Shown piece by piece: positions 12,105 through 24,312 of a stretch of 64,000 bases of DNA. Positions within the stretch are counted from its first letter, which is position 1. Each line of letters starts with the position of its first letter. Source of the stretch: Vicugna vicugna (Eukaryota); assembly GCA_013265495.1 (NCBI GenBank), contig MU057521.1:1810335-1874334 (forward strand), read 5' to 3'. A program made the translations under genes and the position numbers. The notes beneath the pieces are model-generated. The model was given only the letters and a program-made list of their open reading frames with translations. It ran no database searches and was not told where the DNA came from.

Positions 12105-12672
12105 TGCTTTTATTATGGTAAAATATACATAACATAAAAATTACCATTATTTTTCTATTTTAAGTGTACATTCAGCGGCTTTCAGTGCATTCACAATATT
12201 GTGCAACCGTCACTATAATCCATTTCCAGAATATTTTCACCATCCAGAACAGAAACTCCATTCCCATTAAATGGTAACTTTCCATTCCTCCCTCCCCCAG
12301 ATCCTGGGAACCACTATCTCCTTGGTCTCCATGAATTTGACCACTCTGGGTGCCTCATGTAAGTGAAATCCCACGGTATTTGTCCTTCTGTGTCTAGCTG
12401 TTTTCAGGGTTCATCCATGTTTAACATGTTTCAGAATTTCATTCGTTGTGAAGGTTCAATAATGTTCCACTGTACGCATAAACCACCTTTTGTTTATCCA
12501 TTCATCTGTTGATGGACATTTGGGTTGTTTCCACCTCTGGCTGTTGTGGATAATGCTGCTATGAACATTCTGCTTGAGCCCCTGTTTTCAGTTCTTTGGA
12601 GTGTATACCTCAGAGTGGAATTGCTGGGTCATACAGCAATCCTGTGTTTAACATTTTGAAGAACCGCCAGAC
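12105..12672 (-). mobile_element. L1MB-type LINE-1 3' end
   Basis: aaatatacataacataaaa...ttttaagtgtacattcag...ttgtttatccattcatctgttgatggacatttgggttgtttccac...agtggaattgctgggtcata. Confidence 0.9.
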
Positions 12673-13049
12673 TCATTTTGTTTTCAAACCGGATTTTTTC
12701 CTCACTCAAGACCCTGGGCATACACAAACTTCCTAATCATTTCCCTGGGCCAACCAGCAGGATTTTTCCCGCCCCTTCTCCCTGAAGCATCAGCCCTGCG
12801 AGAGCCTAGTTTGTGAGGGACTCACAGAGCCCTAAGGCCACTAAGTGCACAGCACCTGCGGGAGGATTGTTTCTTCTCCTTACCTGGACTTTGCAGCCAG
12901 TGGTTTCCACTTTTGTTTCCTCCGCAGTTTCTCCTTTTCCACAGTGTAAGTTCTTTGCGGGTGAGGACATTTTTTCTCTTGTATTCTGTCATATACTCAC
13001 ATCTTATGCCTGGCACATGGTAGGTACTCAAGAAATAAGAGAAAGTGCC

Positions 13050-13200
13050 AACCCTTTGTATACATTGTCTCCTTTAATCCTTATAACAGCTCTGTGAAGG
13101 GACGCTTATCCCTGCTTCACACCCCAAAAACAGGACCAGAGAGTTTAAGTAACTTCCATAGGGTAACACAGCTACTAAAATAAATCTAGGTATAATCCAA
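13050..13200 (-). mobile_element. MIR SINE fragment (preceded by an L2 3' end at ~12930-13040)
   Basis: tttaatccttataacagctctgtgaagg...agagagtttaagtaactt; gcctggcacatggtaggtactcaagaaata. Confidence 0.6.
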
Positions 13201-13654
13201 ATGCTAATGGAACAAGCAGGCACCATTGAAGGAACCTAGTACTCCAACTACACACAAACGATTCTTGAGTCCCTGAGGATGCTGCCTCTGCCAATGGGGG
13301 CGCTCCTGCTCCTTCCTGGGTCTGGACTTGAAGACCCTCACCCTGGGGCATACCTGTCTTTGGGCCATGGGGAAGCTCACCACCCCCGGCTCCTCTCTTC
13401 TCAGCAAGGATTCTGTCTTTAATGTCCTATGCAAAGCAGAGGCCAGTGATGACATTTACTAGAACGTTACTGACAGTGTAAGGATAGTGAAAGTACAAAC
13501 AGAAAATAAATGACAAAGTCCTCAGGTTCAGACCCATACGCAGTGCTCCTTATTGCACCACCCGGCCTCACTACCATCCTGGCCTCTGGTTCCCCACCGA
13601 GCCAGGACGTTCACACCACCAGTACACTCCAGGCATCCTCCCACCCCACCCCCG

Positions 13655-14020
13655 TTTGCTAGGGCTGTTAGAATAAAGCGTCACAGACTGGGTGGCTTAG
13701 AACACAGAGCTGTATTATCTCACAGTCCTGGAGGCTGAATGTCCGAGATCAAGGTGTGGCACAGTTGGGTTCTTCTGAGGCCCCTCTCCTTGGCCTGCAG
13801 ATGGCTGTCTTCTCCCTGTGTCTCCACAGGGTCTTCCCTCTGTGTGTGTCTGTGTCCTCATCTCTTCTTATGAGGACACTAGTCAGATCAGATCAGGGTC
13901 CACCCTCATCACCTTATTTGAATTTAAGTACCTCTTTCCAAACACAGTCTCATTCTGAGATCCTGGGGGTTAGGATATCAACATCTGAATTTGGGAGGGG
14001 ACATAATTCAGCCCATAACA
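13655..14020 (-). mobile_element. MLT1B-type MaLR solo LTR
   Basis: cacagactgggtggcttag...tctcacagtcctggaggctg...ccgagatcaaggtg...ggggacataattcagcccataaca (terminal ca at 14020). Confidence 0.9.
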
Positions 14021-15650
14021 GCTCAGCCAGAGAAGCATATGTCTCCTCTTCCTAGGAGTGTAAGATTTTGCTCCAAGTCACAGCCATCTCCTTGGCCTCT
14101 TACGAGGATGACTGCTAACAGCGTCACTGCGTTTCAGTTTCTCCTATCAAGTGGAGAAGTTCTCCAGTCACGTGGTTATGTATCAAAGAAAGTGTCTACC
14201 AGGGATGATGGGCTAACAGGGCCCACCACGCTATAAAGCTGTAAAATTCTGTATTTCAAAAATATTTCTGGAGAATGTGACTTATGAGATGATGTGGGAT
14301 GTAGGGTCTAGAGATGCGATGCTGTAAACGGAAGCTGTCCTCAGTCCAGAATTCTGCTTTTCTTGAAGTCTAAGCCCCTCATTTTAATGCTGTGAATGAA
14401 GCTGTTCCCTTCTGTAAGAGCAGACGATCTTGCTTCACACGCATCGATATGGGCCACAAAGCATGGCTTTCTTCTTCTCCTGGAACCATAAATTAAGGTC
14501 TGTTCTGCACTCATCTGCTCGCCAGGTCTTGGCAGCTTCCTCTGGACCTCGGGGCTCTTTGAGTGCTTATAGTCTTTGTTCAAATAAGCAACCTCCCGAT
14601 GGCTGGGCCAGATGTGAGGCCCACATCTGGAAACTATCCCTGGTCTTGGCCCAGGCATTCAGGCTTAGGAGATTGTTTGTGTCAGGTACAACCACACCCG
14701 GCCTAGTGATCCTCACACAATGCCCTGAGCAAGGCAGAGGTCTTGGGGGCTGGCGGCTGAGGTTGGAGACAGTGTGTTGGGTTGAATTCTAAAGGGCTAC
14801 CTGCCAACAGCACCACGTTCATGCTCCCATCCCACCGTTCTTCCTTGATTCTCTGGCAGGGACCACGGTGCCAGGCCTGCCGCAGACAGCCAGCCTGCAG
14901 CCCAGCTACCTTGAGGCATCTCAGTGATGCTCCCACTGTGGCTTGGCCCTCGGAAGTGGTGGTCCGAGCCTGGGACCAGATCTCCTAGTTTGGGAATTTA
15001 GACCTGAGATTTATGGTGCAGGCATGAAGGGAAATTTTTTGTACATCACAAAATGCTTGGTTTAAGAGGGGCCTCGTATTCTTAAAGAAAACACTGTGCT
15101 ATAAAGCCAACAATACAGCATGACCCACTCTGGACCAGTGGTGCCTGTCCAAGGAAGAAAATGCCCTGCCCGCCATCCTTAGGAAACAGTGAGCATCAAA
15201 GAGCACTTTACATGCAGGAAGGAGGTGGCATTTCTGGTAGGACCAGAGTTTGAACAAATGCTTATATCAGGTACTTGTGTCAAGCAGCCAGACACTGTTG
15301 ACAGATGTGAGATCTTACTGATCCTCTGAGCCAAGAAGGATCCTCACCGATGTGTCTGCCTGGCCTGACCTATTGTTTTGTTTTGATTTTTTTTTCCTTG
15401 AATGCATTTTACAATTTCCCAAGTAGAAAATTTTAAAAATACAGGTAAAACAAAAGAAAAAAATTAGTCCTTAAATCCCAACATCTGAGATAACCATTGT
15501 TAATGCTTTGGTTTATATATGCTGAACATTTTCTCATATGTACGTAAAATACTTTCTAAAATAATGACAGTCATTCTATAACACCATTCTAGAACCTACT
15601 TTTCATTCAGTATCTCATAATATTTCCATGTCGAAAATATACAACTCTAT

Positions 15651-16908
15651 CAGTGGTCTTAAGAGGAACAGTACTGCCACTCAGGAGAGCACTGAAAATC
15701 TGTGGAGGCATTTTCAGTTGTCACAGTCATGGTGGGCGGGGTAGGGGCGGGGGTGGGAGATGTGCAACTGGCACCAAGAAAGCAAGGCACCGGGAATTAG
15801 GTGTTCTGCAAAAGTTAGTCCAGCTCAGATTGTGAATGTCTTGATGGATATTTATAACAGTGGGGAAAAAAGTCTAGAATGATTTCAGCCCAAGACCTAA
15901 CACCTTTTTACATATAAACACAAAGCCTTTTGGCAATGCAACTAATGAGTTTTGTTTTGTTTACACTTTTTGCTATAAATTGTCAGCTCAGCCATTTGGA
16001 AAATCTTATCAGCAATGGTAAAGCCACTCAGAGCATCTGAGTCAAGGTTATAGCCACATGGATCTATCTCTACTGTAGTCCTTGCATTTATAGGGACTGT
16101 ACGTATATGGGAATACACTTAATTCAGACTTTTAGTTCCCAACGTCAGATGCATAAAGTATCTACAAACATTTAGTGGTACATTGCCTTACTTCTGTTAA
16201 GTCCCAGCTTATTTAAAAGCACATCCAAGCATCTGGTTTCTTCATTATACCTTCAAATGTAGTTGTGCCTAAAAATTTGCAAATTGCAACTCTTATCTGT
16301 CAGCTCTATACCCGCTTCTAAGCTCTGCTCTCTATCTCTGGGGTTGGAAACCTTCAAGTTACATCTTCCAGATTCCTCCCCATCTGGCTTCTTTGAGTGT
16401 CTGCCAGTGGGAGACACTGGGAGAGGTTGGAAGAGGAGATCAGGGAGACACTGTTTTCCCCTGGCTTTTGGTCATGTGGTGTACACGGGGGCAGCTGTTG
16501 CAGCCCGGCCACCCAAGGTTCTGGGTAACACTGTTTTCCCTGTTGCTTCCCCAGTTCTAAGGGATAGTGACTACTTGTAGTTCCTAATCCTGAACAACCC
16601 TACCTTCCTCTCTACACTCTTCCAGACCTCCCCAAACCTTTATAACCAGTTCCTTAATTTACCTCTACTTGAAGTACCTAGAGTGGTTTGTTTTCCTGAC
16701 TGGATGTGAATGGATAAAAAATGCTTAGGATTTTATTCTGTTTGACTTGTTTAATATTATAGTCAGGCCATATATCCCTTTTTAAAAAATTATGCACTTG
16801 GATAGATATATTACCTATGAATTTAATTTCAGGATAACAAAGGGGGTATTACAAAATGTTTATTACTATAAAAAGAGGTTTTGAGCTTAATAGAGTTGAA
16901 AGCAACTC
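15651..16908 (+). mobile_element. MER20B-type hAT-Charlie element, split by an LTR33 insertion
   Basis: Start cagtggtc...gttgtcacagt, internal ttttacatataaacacaaag, end tttcaggataacaaagggggtattacaaaat...gagttgaaagcaact. Confidence 0.75.
16270..16716 (+). mobile_element. LTR33-type ERVL solo LTR nested in MER20B
   Basis: tctgccagtgggagacactgggagaggttggaag...cctttataaccagttcct...cttgaagtacctagagtggtttgttttcctgactgga. Confidence 0.7.
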
Positions 16909-17629
16909 ATTGTGTCCTCGTTTATAGTGACTTCCTTCATCTTTTCCACATCCCCCTATTGTTTGACATTAAGAATTATTTCTGACTTTTCATTGTAACA
17001 ATGGTGCTTCCATGAATATCCTGGTATTTGGCATTTCCAAAGCATTTCAAAACTTCTAAGGGCAACTGTTTCTAATAGAACTCAGTTCTGTTGCAATCTC
17101 GTCTCCTTCCTGGATGTTAGTTTTGTAAAGAAAGACCAACAAAAATTGCACTTGTAGGATACGCTCTGGCAGCCTGAGGGCGAGGGCACAAGTGGCAGCT
17201 GGGCATGGGAGGGGCATAGGATGGAGCGCAGGATCCACGGCCAGCTCAGCCCGACGACCTCCAAGACTCAGAGGCCCCACCAGGCACTGGGCAGACGCAG
17301 CACACAGCAGCGCCAGCAGGATGAAGGCCACCCCTACCTCCTCTGTTAGAAGAGCCCATGATCACAGACAAAGGTGCAGTGGTCAGGAGTGTGCAGAACT
17401 GAGGCAGGGAGCAAACAGAAACCAGACCGGCCTTGAAGCCAAGGATGCGTCTGAGCAAGGAGCCACAGCTTTGCTGTCAGGCTACGATTCTGAACAGAAA
17501 GCCTTCTGAAGGGAGCTAATGTTTTTGAAAGGGCTCCATTCAATTTCTACAAAGAAACATGAATTTTCCATCTTTTATATCCAGTCTAAGGAGATACGTG
17601 TCTTAGTTCACTCCTCATATTCCTGCCAT

Positions 17630-18040
17630 AGTTCCAGATTGCCACCTGAATAAGAAACCTGGTGTAACCCTTGGCTTTCCCTTCTCATTCACCCACCAGG
17701 TACACCCACTCATCAAATCCAGTTTATTAGGCAGCCGGGGTTTCTGGGAGCTGCCACTTCTCTCCATCCTGATGTCACCATTGTAATTCTAACTCACACA
17801 GGATTACTATAACCCCTATTGGTTTTCTTCCTTCAAGTCTAAATTTTCTGTTCTTCATATTCCAGAGTTAATTAAGTTTTCTCAAAGTCAAGTGTGACCA
17901 TGTGGATGACAACGAACCTTCAGGGCTTCCTGGTTTTAAGATTAAGTCCAAAGTCCTTAACAAGTCTCCACGGGCATTCATCCCTAATTTCTATCGAGCG
18001 TCTTCACTTGCTCCTCTTCCCTTACCCACTCTCTACCCAT
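17630..18040 (+). mobile_element. L2 LINE fragment
   Basis: agaaacctggtgtaacccttggctttt..., tgtgaccatgt...ttcagggcttcc...taagattaagtccaaagtccttaaca. Confidence 0.6.
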
Positions 18041-18370
18041 CTACAGACAAATGATTTCACCTGATTGCTAATAACAGTGCTAATTAGTGAGGAATAGGTT
18101 AGGAGGAAAGGCAGTAATAACATGCAAGTAAGTTGGAGTGTGACTGGGGTTTAAGCTTTCTAAGACTTTTATCAGGAGCATAAAGTTATTAAGTTTTATT
18201 AAACATGTGTGCTAACGCTAGAGTAACCACAAACAAAGAGGCATGGTGCATGTAATTTCCAAATACAGGGAGAGTGGGGAAATGAAATGACAAAAAGTGG
18301 AAACATTTTACAGAAAAAGAACAAAATAATAAAATATAATAAATAAGAAGCACATAATAAGATGACAGAT

Positions 18371-18518
18371 GGGGGAAGTGGTAGAGTGCATGCTTAGCAT
18401 GCACAAAGTCCTAGGTACAGTCCCCAGTACCTCCTCTAAAAATAAATAAATAGGTAAACCCAATCACCTCCTCCATGGCCCCCGCAAAACCCCAAACAAA
18501 AACAAAAACAAACAAAAA
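18371..18518 (+). mobile_element. vic-1-type SINE with the A-box region partly deleted
   Basis: gggggaagtggtagagtgcatgcttagcatgcac...cccagtacctcc plus tail; TSD aagatgacagat (18359-18370) / aagataacagat (18519-18530). Confidence 0.88.
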
Positions 18519-18658
18519 AAGATAACAGATAAAGGCCCAAATATATCAGTAATCACTATAAATGTAAAAGGACTAAACTTTCCAATGAAAAGACAAAGAT
18601 TGTCGGACTAGACGAAAAATAGAGTCCAGATGTATGCTGCTTTAAAGAGGTACTTCTT

Positions 18659-18738
18659 TCCCCCCCCCAGTTTTATTATGTAGAATTATTACAGTTTGAC
18701 TGCACATACACGTTATATTGCATGTAAATACATATATA
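18659..18738 (-). other. 80-bp retroposed insert of unknown origin with 15-bp TSD
   Basis: TSD aaagaggtacttctt (18644-18658) / aaagagatacttctt (18739-18753); AATAAA on the minus strand at 18677-18672. Confidence 0.65.
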
Positions 18739-19426
18739 AAAGAGATACTTCTTAAACATAAGAGTACAGGCGCATTAAAAGTCAGGGTGCAAAAATCATA
18801 TACTAAGAAAACACTAGCCAAAATAGAAATTAAGTAGTAATAGTAACATCTGATTAAGTAAACTTTGAGATAAAAGGCATTACTAGAGACATTATGACAT
18901 AATGAATGATAAGAAGTCCAATTTTCTAGAAATATATAACAGTTCCAAATTTGAATGCAACAAATAACAGAACCTCAAATATGCATAAAACAGAAATTGA
19001 CAGCTCTACAGGAGAAACTACCAAATTCACCGTGTCTCTGGAAATTTTTAACATACCTAGTTTGGTAACTATTTCGAAGGATTGATAGTCCATAATCTTT
19101 AATCACGATTCAATTAAATCAGAAATAAAAAGATAATTTTTTATTGAAACCCCATGTATTTAGAAACATACATGAGCACTTGAAATTTAATCATTTATTA
19201 AAAACAAAATCACAATAGAAATGAAAACATTCAGGACTACACAGTAACTAAAAATTATGTACCAAAATGTGCCAGACGCAGCTAAAGTGGTATTTAGAGA
19301 ACAGTTTACAACTTTAGATGTTTATGTTAGAAAGTAAGAGAATCTAAAACTTTCGAAGAGCCACCTTAAGAATTGGGGAAAAAAAGCAGCAGAATAAGCC
19401 CAAAGAAAGAAGAAAGATGATAAAGG

Positions 19427-19586
19427 TGTCGACTGAAATAAATGCACAACCTGAAAGTTGAGAGTTCCGCTTCACCCGGCTGCAGAGATCTGGCTGCCTG
19501 CTTGTCGGCACCCTGAGTTGGCTGATGGCTTGATGGGCACAGCATTCTCTGTTTGCTGATACGGCTTGCAGTATTTTTCATTCACA
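19427..19586 (-). mobile_element. Short, internally deleted ERV1-type solo LTR
   Basis: TG...CA termini (tgtcgactga...ttcaca) with an imperfect 4-bp TSD aagg/aagc. It interrupts L1 ORF2, and its ends resemble recalled cetartiodactyl ERV1 LTRs. Confidence 0.6.
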
Positions 19587-19884
19587 AAGCAGAAATTAAT
19601 GAAATAGAAAATATATATTAAAAAGAATCAACAAAGACAAAGTTGTTTTGGTGGGGGCACAAAATGAATATCTAGCAATATTAATCAAGAGAAAAAAGGA
19701 AAACATACACAAACAGCAATAGGAATTTAAAAGGGGATTGTAACTAAAGGTGCTGCAGAGGGTGAACAGATGACCAGAGGATATATAATAAGCAACAGTG
19801 AGTGGTCATGCTGCTAGTCAGTGACTTGGATAAGGCCATTCCTTCTTTGAGAAAATGTTTGAATTTACTCATCTCAAGCATGAA

Positions 19885-20563
19885 GTAGTGCTTCACATTA
19901 ATTAATGACTATTTCATGAAAATGCAGATTCTGACTCAATAGGTCTGTGTGACCTGAGAACTCGCATTTCTTTTTTTCCATTCCTAATGTTTGATTTTGT
20001 TTTGTTTATCTACTTTATTGAAGAATAGTTGGTTTACAGTACTATGATATTTTATGTGTGTGTATATACACACACACACCCCCCCACATCTTCTTTACCC
20101 ACTCATCTGTTGATGAGCCCTTAGGTTGCTTCCGTATCTTGGCTTTTGTAAATAATGCTGTTGTGAAGATTAGGGTGCATGTATCTTTCTGCATAAGTAT
20201 TTTTGTTTTCTTTGGATATATCCACAGGAGTGGAACTGCTAGGTCTTACGGTATTGCTACTGTTAGTTTTTCGAGAAACCTCCATGCTGTTTTCTGCAGT
20301 GGCTACCAATCTATATTTCCAGCAACAGTGCACTAGCGATCCCTTTTCTCCATATTCTTACCAACATTTGTTATTTGTGGTCTTTTTGATGGTAGCCATT
20401 CTGACAGGTGTGAGGTGATATCTCATTGTGGTTTTGATTTGCATTTCTCAGATGATTAATGATGTGGTGCATCTTTTCATGTACCTGTTAGCCAGAGAAT
20501 CTGCATTTCTGACAAGACTCCCCAAGTGATACAGATGTGCCGGTCCATATTTGAGTAGCAGGG
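19885..20563. mobile_element. MER5A-type MITE split by an L1 insertion
   Basis: aaatgcagattctgactcaataggtctg...ctgagaa [L1] tctgcatttctgacaag..cccaagtgat...tttgagtagcagg. Confidence 0.7.
19972..20494 (-). mobile_element. 5'-truncated LINE-1 (L1MA/lineage-specific) with 16-bp TSD
   Basis: ccattctgacaggtgtgaggtgatatctcattgtggttttgatttgcatttc (ORF2 C-terminus, antisense); TSD gagaactcgcatttct (19956-19971) / gagaatctgcatttct (20495-20510). Confidence 0.9.
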
Positions 20564-22074
20564 CCTTAGGCAGTATCATCCTGTGCACCAGCATTACTGT
20601 CTTATTAGGCAGATTCTATCCTGCGTTCTGTGCTGCCTTTTTTTCCGTTACTCCCAAATTCCCAAATCCTTGCCATTCCACCCAGATACAGTAAAGCTAA
20701 GATTCATCAGAACTGAAACCTGAAATAACATTTTAAAAATCAGAAAAAACCCATAAAATAGGACGAGTACCCTCTAATTTTACTACAATTTGCAACTAAA
20801 AGGACATCATTCCTAAAAGAAGACATCTACAATTAAGCCCTTTTTTCTTTCTTTTGTTTTTTGTTTTGTTCTGTTTAGATGAACCAGGTTTTTTCTATAT
20901 TATGGGAAATGGATGAATTGAAAAGTGCTGTATAGACATAATGACTGCCAAAATTATAATGATGTACAATTGTATAATGTGTTCGTTGACAATAAACACT
21001 ATGAAAATTTCTCTTTTAATTATATAAGTGAAATTTCTGTTTGTCTTCATACAATGTTTTAGAGGCTTATCTTAATTATCCCCATATCATTCATGGTTGA
21101 ATAAAAAGTCAGTTTGATGTGCAATGTGGGATTACAAAAAAGTCTCTTACATAAAGCCTTCTAAAGCATGAACTTTAACTTCAAATTCCCTTTGTGTAAG
21201 TCAAGGAGAAATTGATGAAGTCATTTTGCTTGAGTGCACAAAATGAGAATTTTCTTTTACTTATGGTTTCTAACAATAATAAGGTTGTCATCTTTAATAT
21301 TTAAGCCTCAAGGCTGGAGGGGAAAAGATATTTATGTACATATATGTACAGCCTGACAAATAGTAGTCATTTGTCTCTAAATACCTGGAACTAAGTAGAA
21401 AAATGAAAAAAGGGTGCTCTGGCTATCCCGGAAAATGTCATGCTTTAAAATAAAATCCCAACACTTGGGATGTCCCTCTTGTTCCTGCTGGCACCCTCCA
21501 CAATGTCTTCACTCCAGCCTTGGGCCAGGGCCGAGTGAGCAGGAGGAGATAGTTGATATAACTCAGGCCTATCATTGGAGCATTACAAGGAACAGGCCTG
21601 AAGGAGTGAGTGTCCAGTTATTCATGCCATCAGCTCAATTCTAATTAGCTGCACTTCAACATAAAACTTGATCTAGAACCAAGGAGACCATTTACAAATT
21701 CCAAAACACAGGAACCTAAGGTAAGCAAGTTATGCATGATTCTAGGACACCAAGTACCAGCAAATCTGAGTGAAACACCCAGGGCCTAGACCACAAAGCC
21801 CAGCCACTGAAAGCACAGTTCTGTGGGCTTCCTCCTTGGCCCTGGAATCCCAGCAGAGACATCTGTGATGAAGGCCTGGCTAGGCACAGGGTGAGTGGGC
21901 AACTTACCCTCCATGGGAACAGGGAATCGGGCACATCGTTTCTCAAGGCTGTGTTTTCAAAAACTACACAGGTTTCAGACCTTTTAGTAGGCTTTCCCAG
22001 GGAAATGTAATATAATATCAGGGGCTTTTTCCATATCTGGTTTAAGAATTGTGGCCCCCAAAATGGCCATGCAT

Positions 22075-22250
22075 AAGTGCTCCCCCATGAGACGCTCCTG
22101 TGAGGTTGGAATACTTCTACCTGTGACAGGTGAGCCTGCTGAGGCCCAGACAAGTTAAGTGACAGACCAAAGCCCAGGGGATGAGTCAGCTCCTCTGTTC
22201 AAACCCCAGGCTTTCAAACTCCAAAGCACATGACCTTTCTTCTCCACTAT
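22075..22250 (-). mobile_element. MIR SINE fragment
   Basis: ctgaggcccagacaagttaagtgac...ttcaaaccccaggctttcaaactccaaagc. Confidence 0.6.
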
Positions 22251-22748
22251 GCTGCCCATCTTGCAGTAATGGGACACGCAACTCAGAGATGGATAAGCCA
22301 CTTACAAGTGCCAGGAAGCACTCAATAAAAGTCACAGAATCATACTTTCAAAGATCACATCTAGGGACTAAGTCTCTTCTTCCCTTGAGGTGTGGTCGTT
22401 ATGTATTAAACAATCTAGTCACTGAAGCTTTTTGGACATAATCATTCATTTCTCTCTCCAAGGTCTGTGAGAGGGGAGATCCTTTCTTTCTTGGTCACAG
22501 CTAAATCCCATGGCCAGACAATTCTTAGCACATAGTTTGTGCTCCACAGCTATCTGTGACTGATTGCTTAATAACTACCTGTTGAAAGAATTTAATAATG
22601 AGTGAATAAACAAGAGTTCAGGGAAGGACAGAAAGGTCAGCTATGACATGAGCCTAGTTCTTGGACTGCCCACTCTACCCATTCTGAATATTTAATATAA
22701 CATAGACACAAAAGAATATGTATTCTTAAAATTAAAATATATAGTCAC

Positions 22749-22890
22749 TGTATTCATTTTCTAGGGTTGCTATAACAAGATACCACAAACTGGGTGGCTT
22801 AAACAACAGAAATTCATTGCCTCACAGTTCTCAGGGCTAGAAGTTCAAGACCAAGGTGTTGGCAGAGTTGGTTCCTTCTGAGGAACTGTT
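22749..22890 (-). mobile_element. MLT1C-type MaLR LTR fragment
   Basis: tgtattcattttctagggttgctataacaagataccacaaactgggtggcttaaacaacagaaatt. Confidence 0.85.
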
Positions 22891-22939
22891 GACAAATCTC
22901 ATTCTTGTATACAGAGCTTGGAATCAGCCTTTTAAGGGC

Positions 22940-24312
22940 CTTTAATCCTGGACAATCAAGGATCCTCAAACACACAAAGAGAACCCCTAACATGGAGAAG
23001 CCCCAAGTAAACAACTGCAAAGAGGAAACTGGAGGAAATGAAACAAATCAGGGAAGAGGGAAAAAATTTAAATAACCCCAAAGAATAGCCTTAGAAATAA
23101 GAAAACACTGCAGCTTTAAAACCAGGGTAAAGTTCTATTAAAATGGTAACAATTAGGGATTAGGAATAAGCTCTTGGAAAATTAAAACATATACAACAGC
23201 CAAAATAAAAATATTCAGCATGGGGGGCTAGTAGGGAATGTTGAATACATTAATACAAATGATTAAAAAAAATGGAAAATATGACAGAAACAATCAGACA
23301 TGGAAGGTCATTCCTGAAGGTCCAACATCTGACTAAAAGGAGTTCCAGAATGAGAGAACAGAGAAAATGGACAGGAAAAAAAAAAATCATTGAGCATTTT
23401 CTAGAACTGGGACAATGATCTCCAGAAATCACAAATCACTGACCACATAACCAGCACAGCATAGGAAAATGACCCAGATGCAGGCAATCTCTGTGGACAA
23501 CAGAGATAAAGGAATGTTCCTAAAGATTTACAAGGAGAGAATAAAAAGCTTAGCATCAGGTTTCTCATCATTGGATGCAGAAAACAGGGGAGCAATATCT
23601 TTTAAATCTTCAGAAAAATGAATTCAGTCTAGAACCTGGCCCTCTGCCACCCTTGCTCAAATATAAGGCAAAATAGATTTTCAGACCTCCTAGGATTCAG
23701 AATCTCTCTCTTTTATTCACTGTGTCATGGGAAGTGGGTGGTGTTTATGCAGTAGAAAGATGAAGGAGTAAACCAATGAGCCAGGATCCTGGAAAGAGTG
23801 GATGTAACCTAGGAAAAGTATGAAGAGAAGTTTCAGGAAGACAGAAGAACAGCAGACTGACCTGGAGCAGTTGGACAGCAGGTTCAGGGAGAGGAGACCC
23901 TGGAAAAAAGGGGGCTCCCTAAAATATCTGAGACAGTGAATCACTAGGGCAAGATAAAAGACAGACAGATGGCAGAATTAACAGACAATTTGAAACAAAA
24001 TAAGTAATATTCATGTAATCATAATAACATGATTTAATTTAAAATAGTGATTATTCATAACAGATAACAGATACCATCAAAAATGGATAAATCAAGAACA
24101 AGCCATATGAAGATATTATATAATAATGTGCAGACAGTTGCCAGAAGCAACAGGTAGAAGAGTTCAAAGCAGTTCTTCCAGGTATTAGAGCTTCAGTGTA
24201 GGGGAAGGTGGCAAGGAGGGGTTAAGGGTTGCTGTGATTTATTACCAGCCTTTGGGCACTATTTGGATTTTAATTATGTGTATATATGACTTTAATTTTT
24301 AAAAATTTAAAC
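22940..24312 (+). mobile_element. HAL1 (ORF1-only L1 derivative) remnant
   Basis: gctcttggaaaattaaaa, aggtccaacatctgactaaaaggagttccagaa and the 3' end ctatttggattttaattatgtg...tttaaaaa. ORF1-like sequence with no ORF2 following. Confidence 0.7.

Larger units (their letters stand above)
18100..19790 (+). mobile_element. Ancient LINE-1 inter-ORF and ORF2 endonuclease remnant carrying three younger insertions
   Basis: atatcagtaatcactataaatgtaaaaggactaaactttcca translates to ISVITINVKGLNFP (L1 EN N-terminus); also gacgcagctaaagtggtatttagag and aaaagaatcaacaaagacaaa. Confidence 0.85.

Noticed and set aside
17056..17331. ORF beginning with a signal-peptide-like stretch (AFILLALLCAASAQC)
   Set aside because: It starts at GTG with an in-frame stop shortly upstream and no ATG, and the rest resembles no protein I know. 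Probably chance in GC-rich DNA.
20680..21370. AT-rich block that might be an old DNA transposon
   Set aside because: I could not identify paired TIRs or a family.
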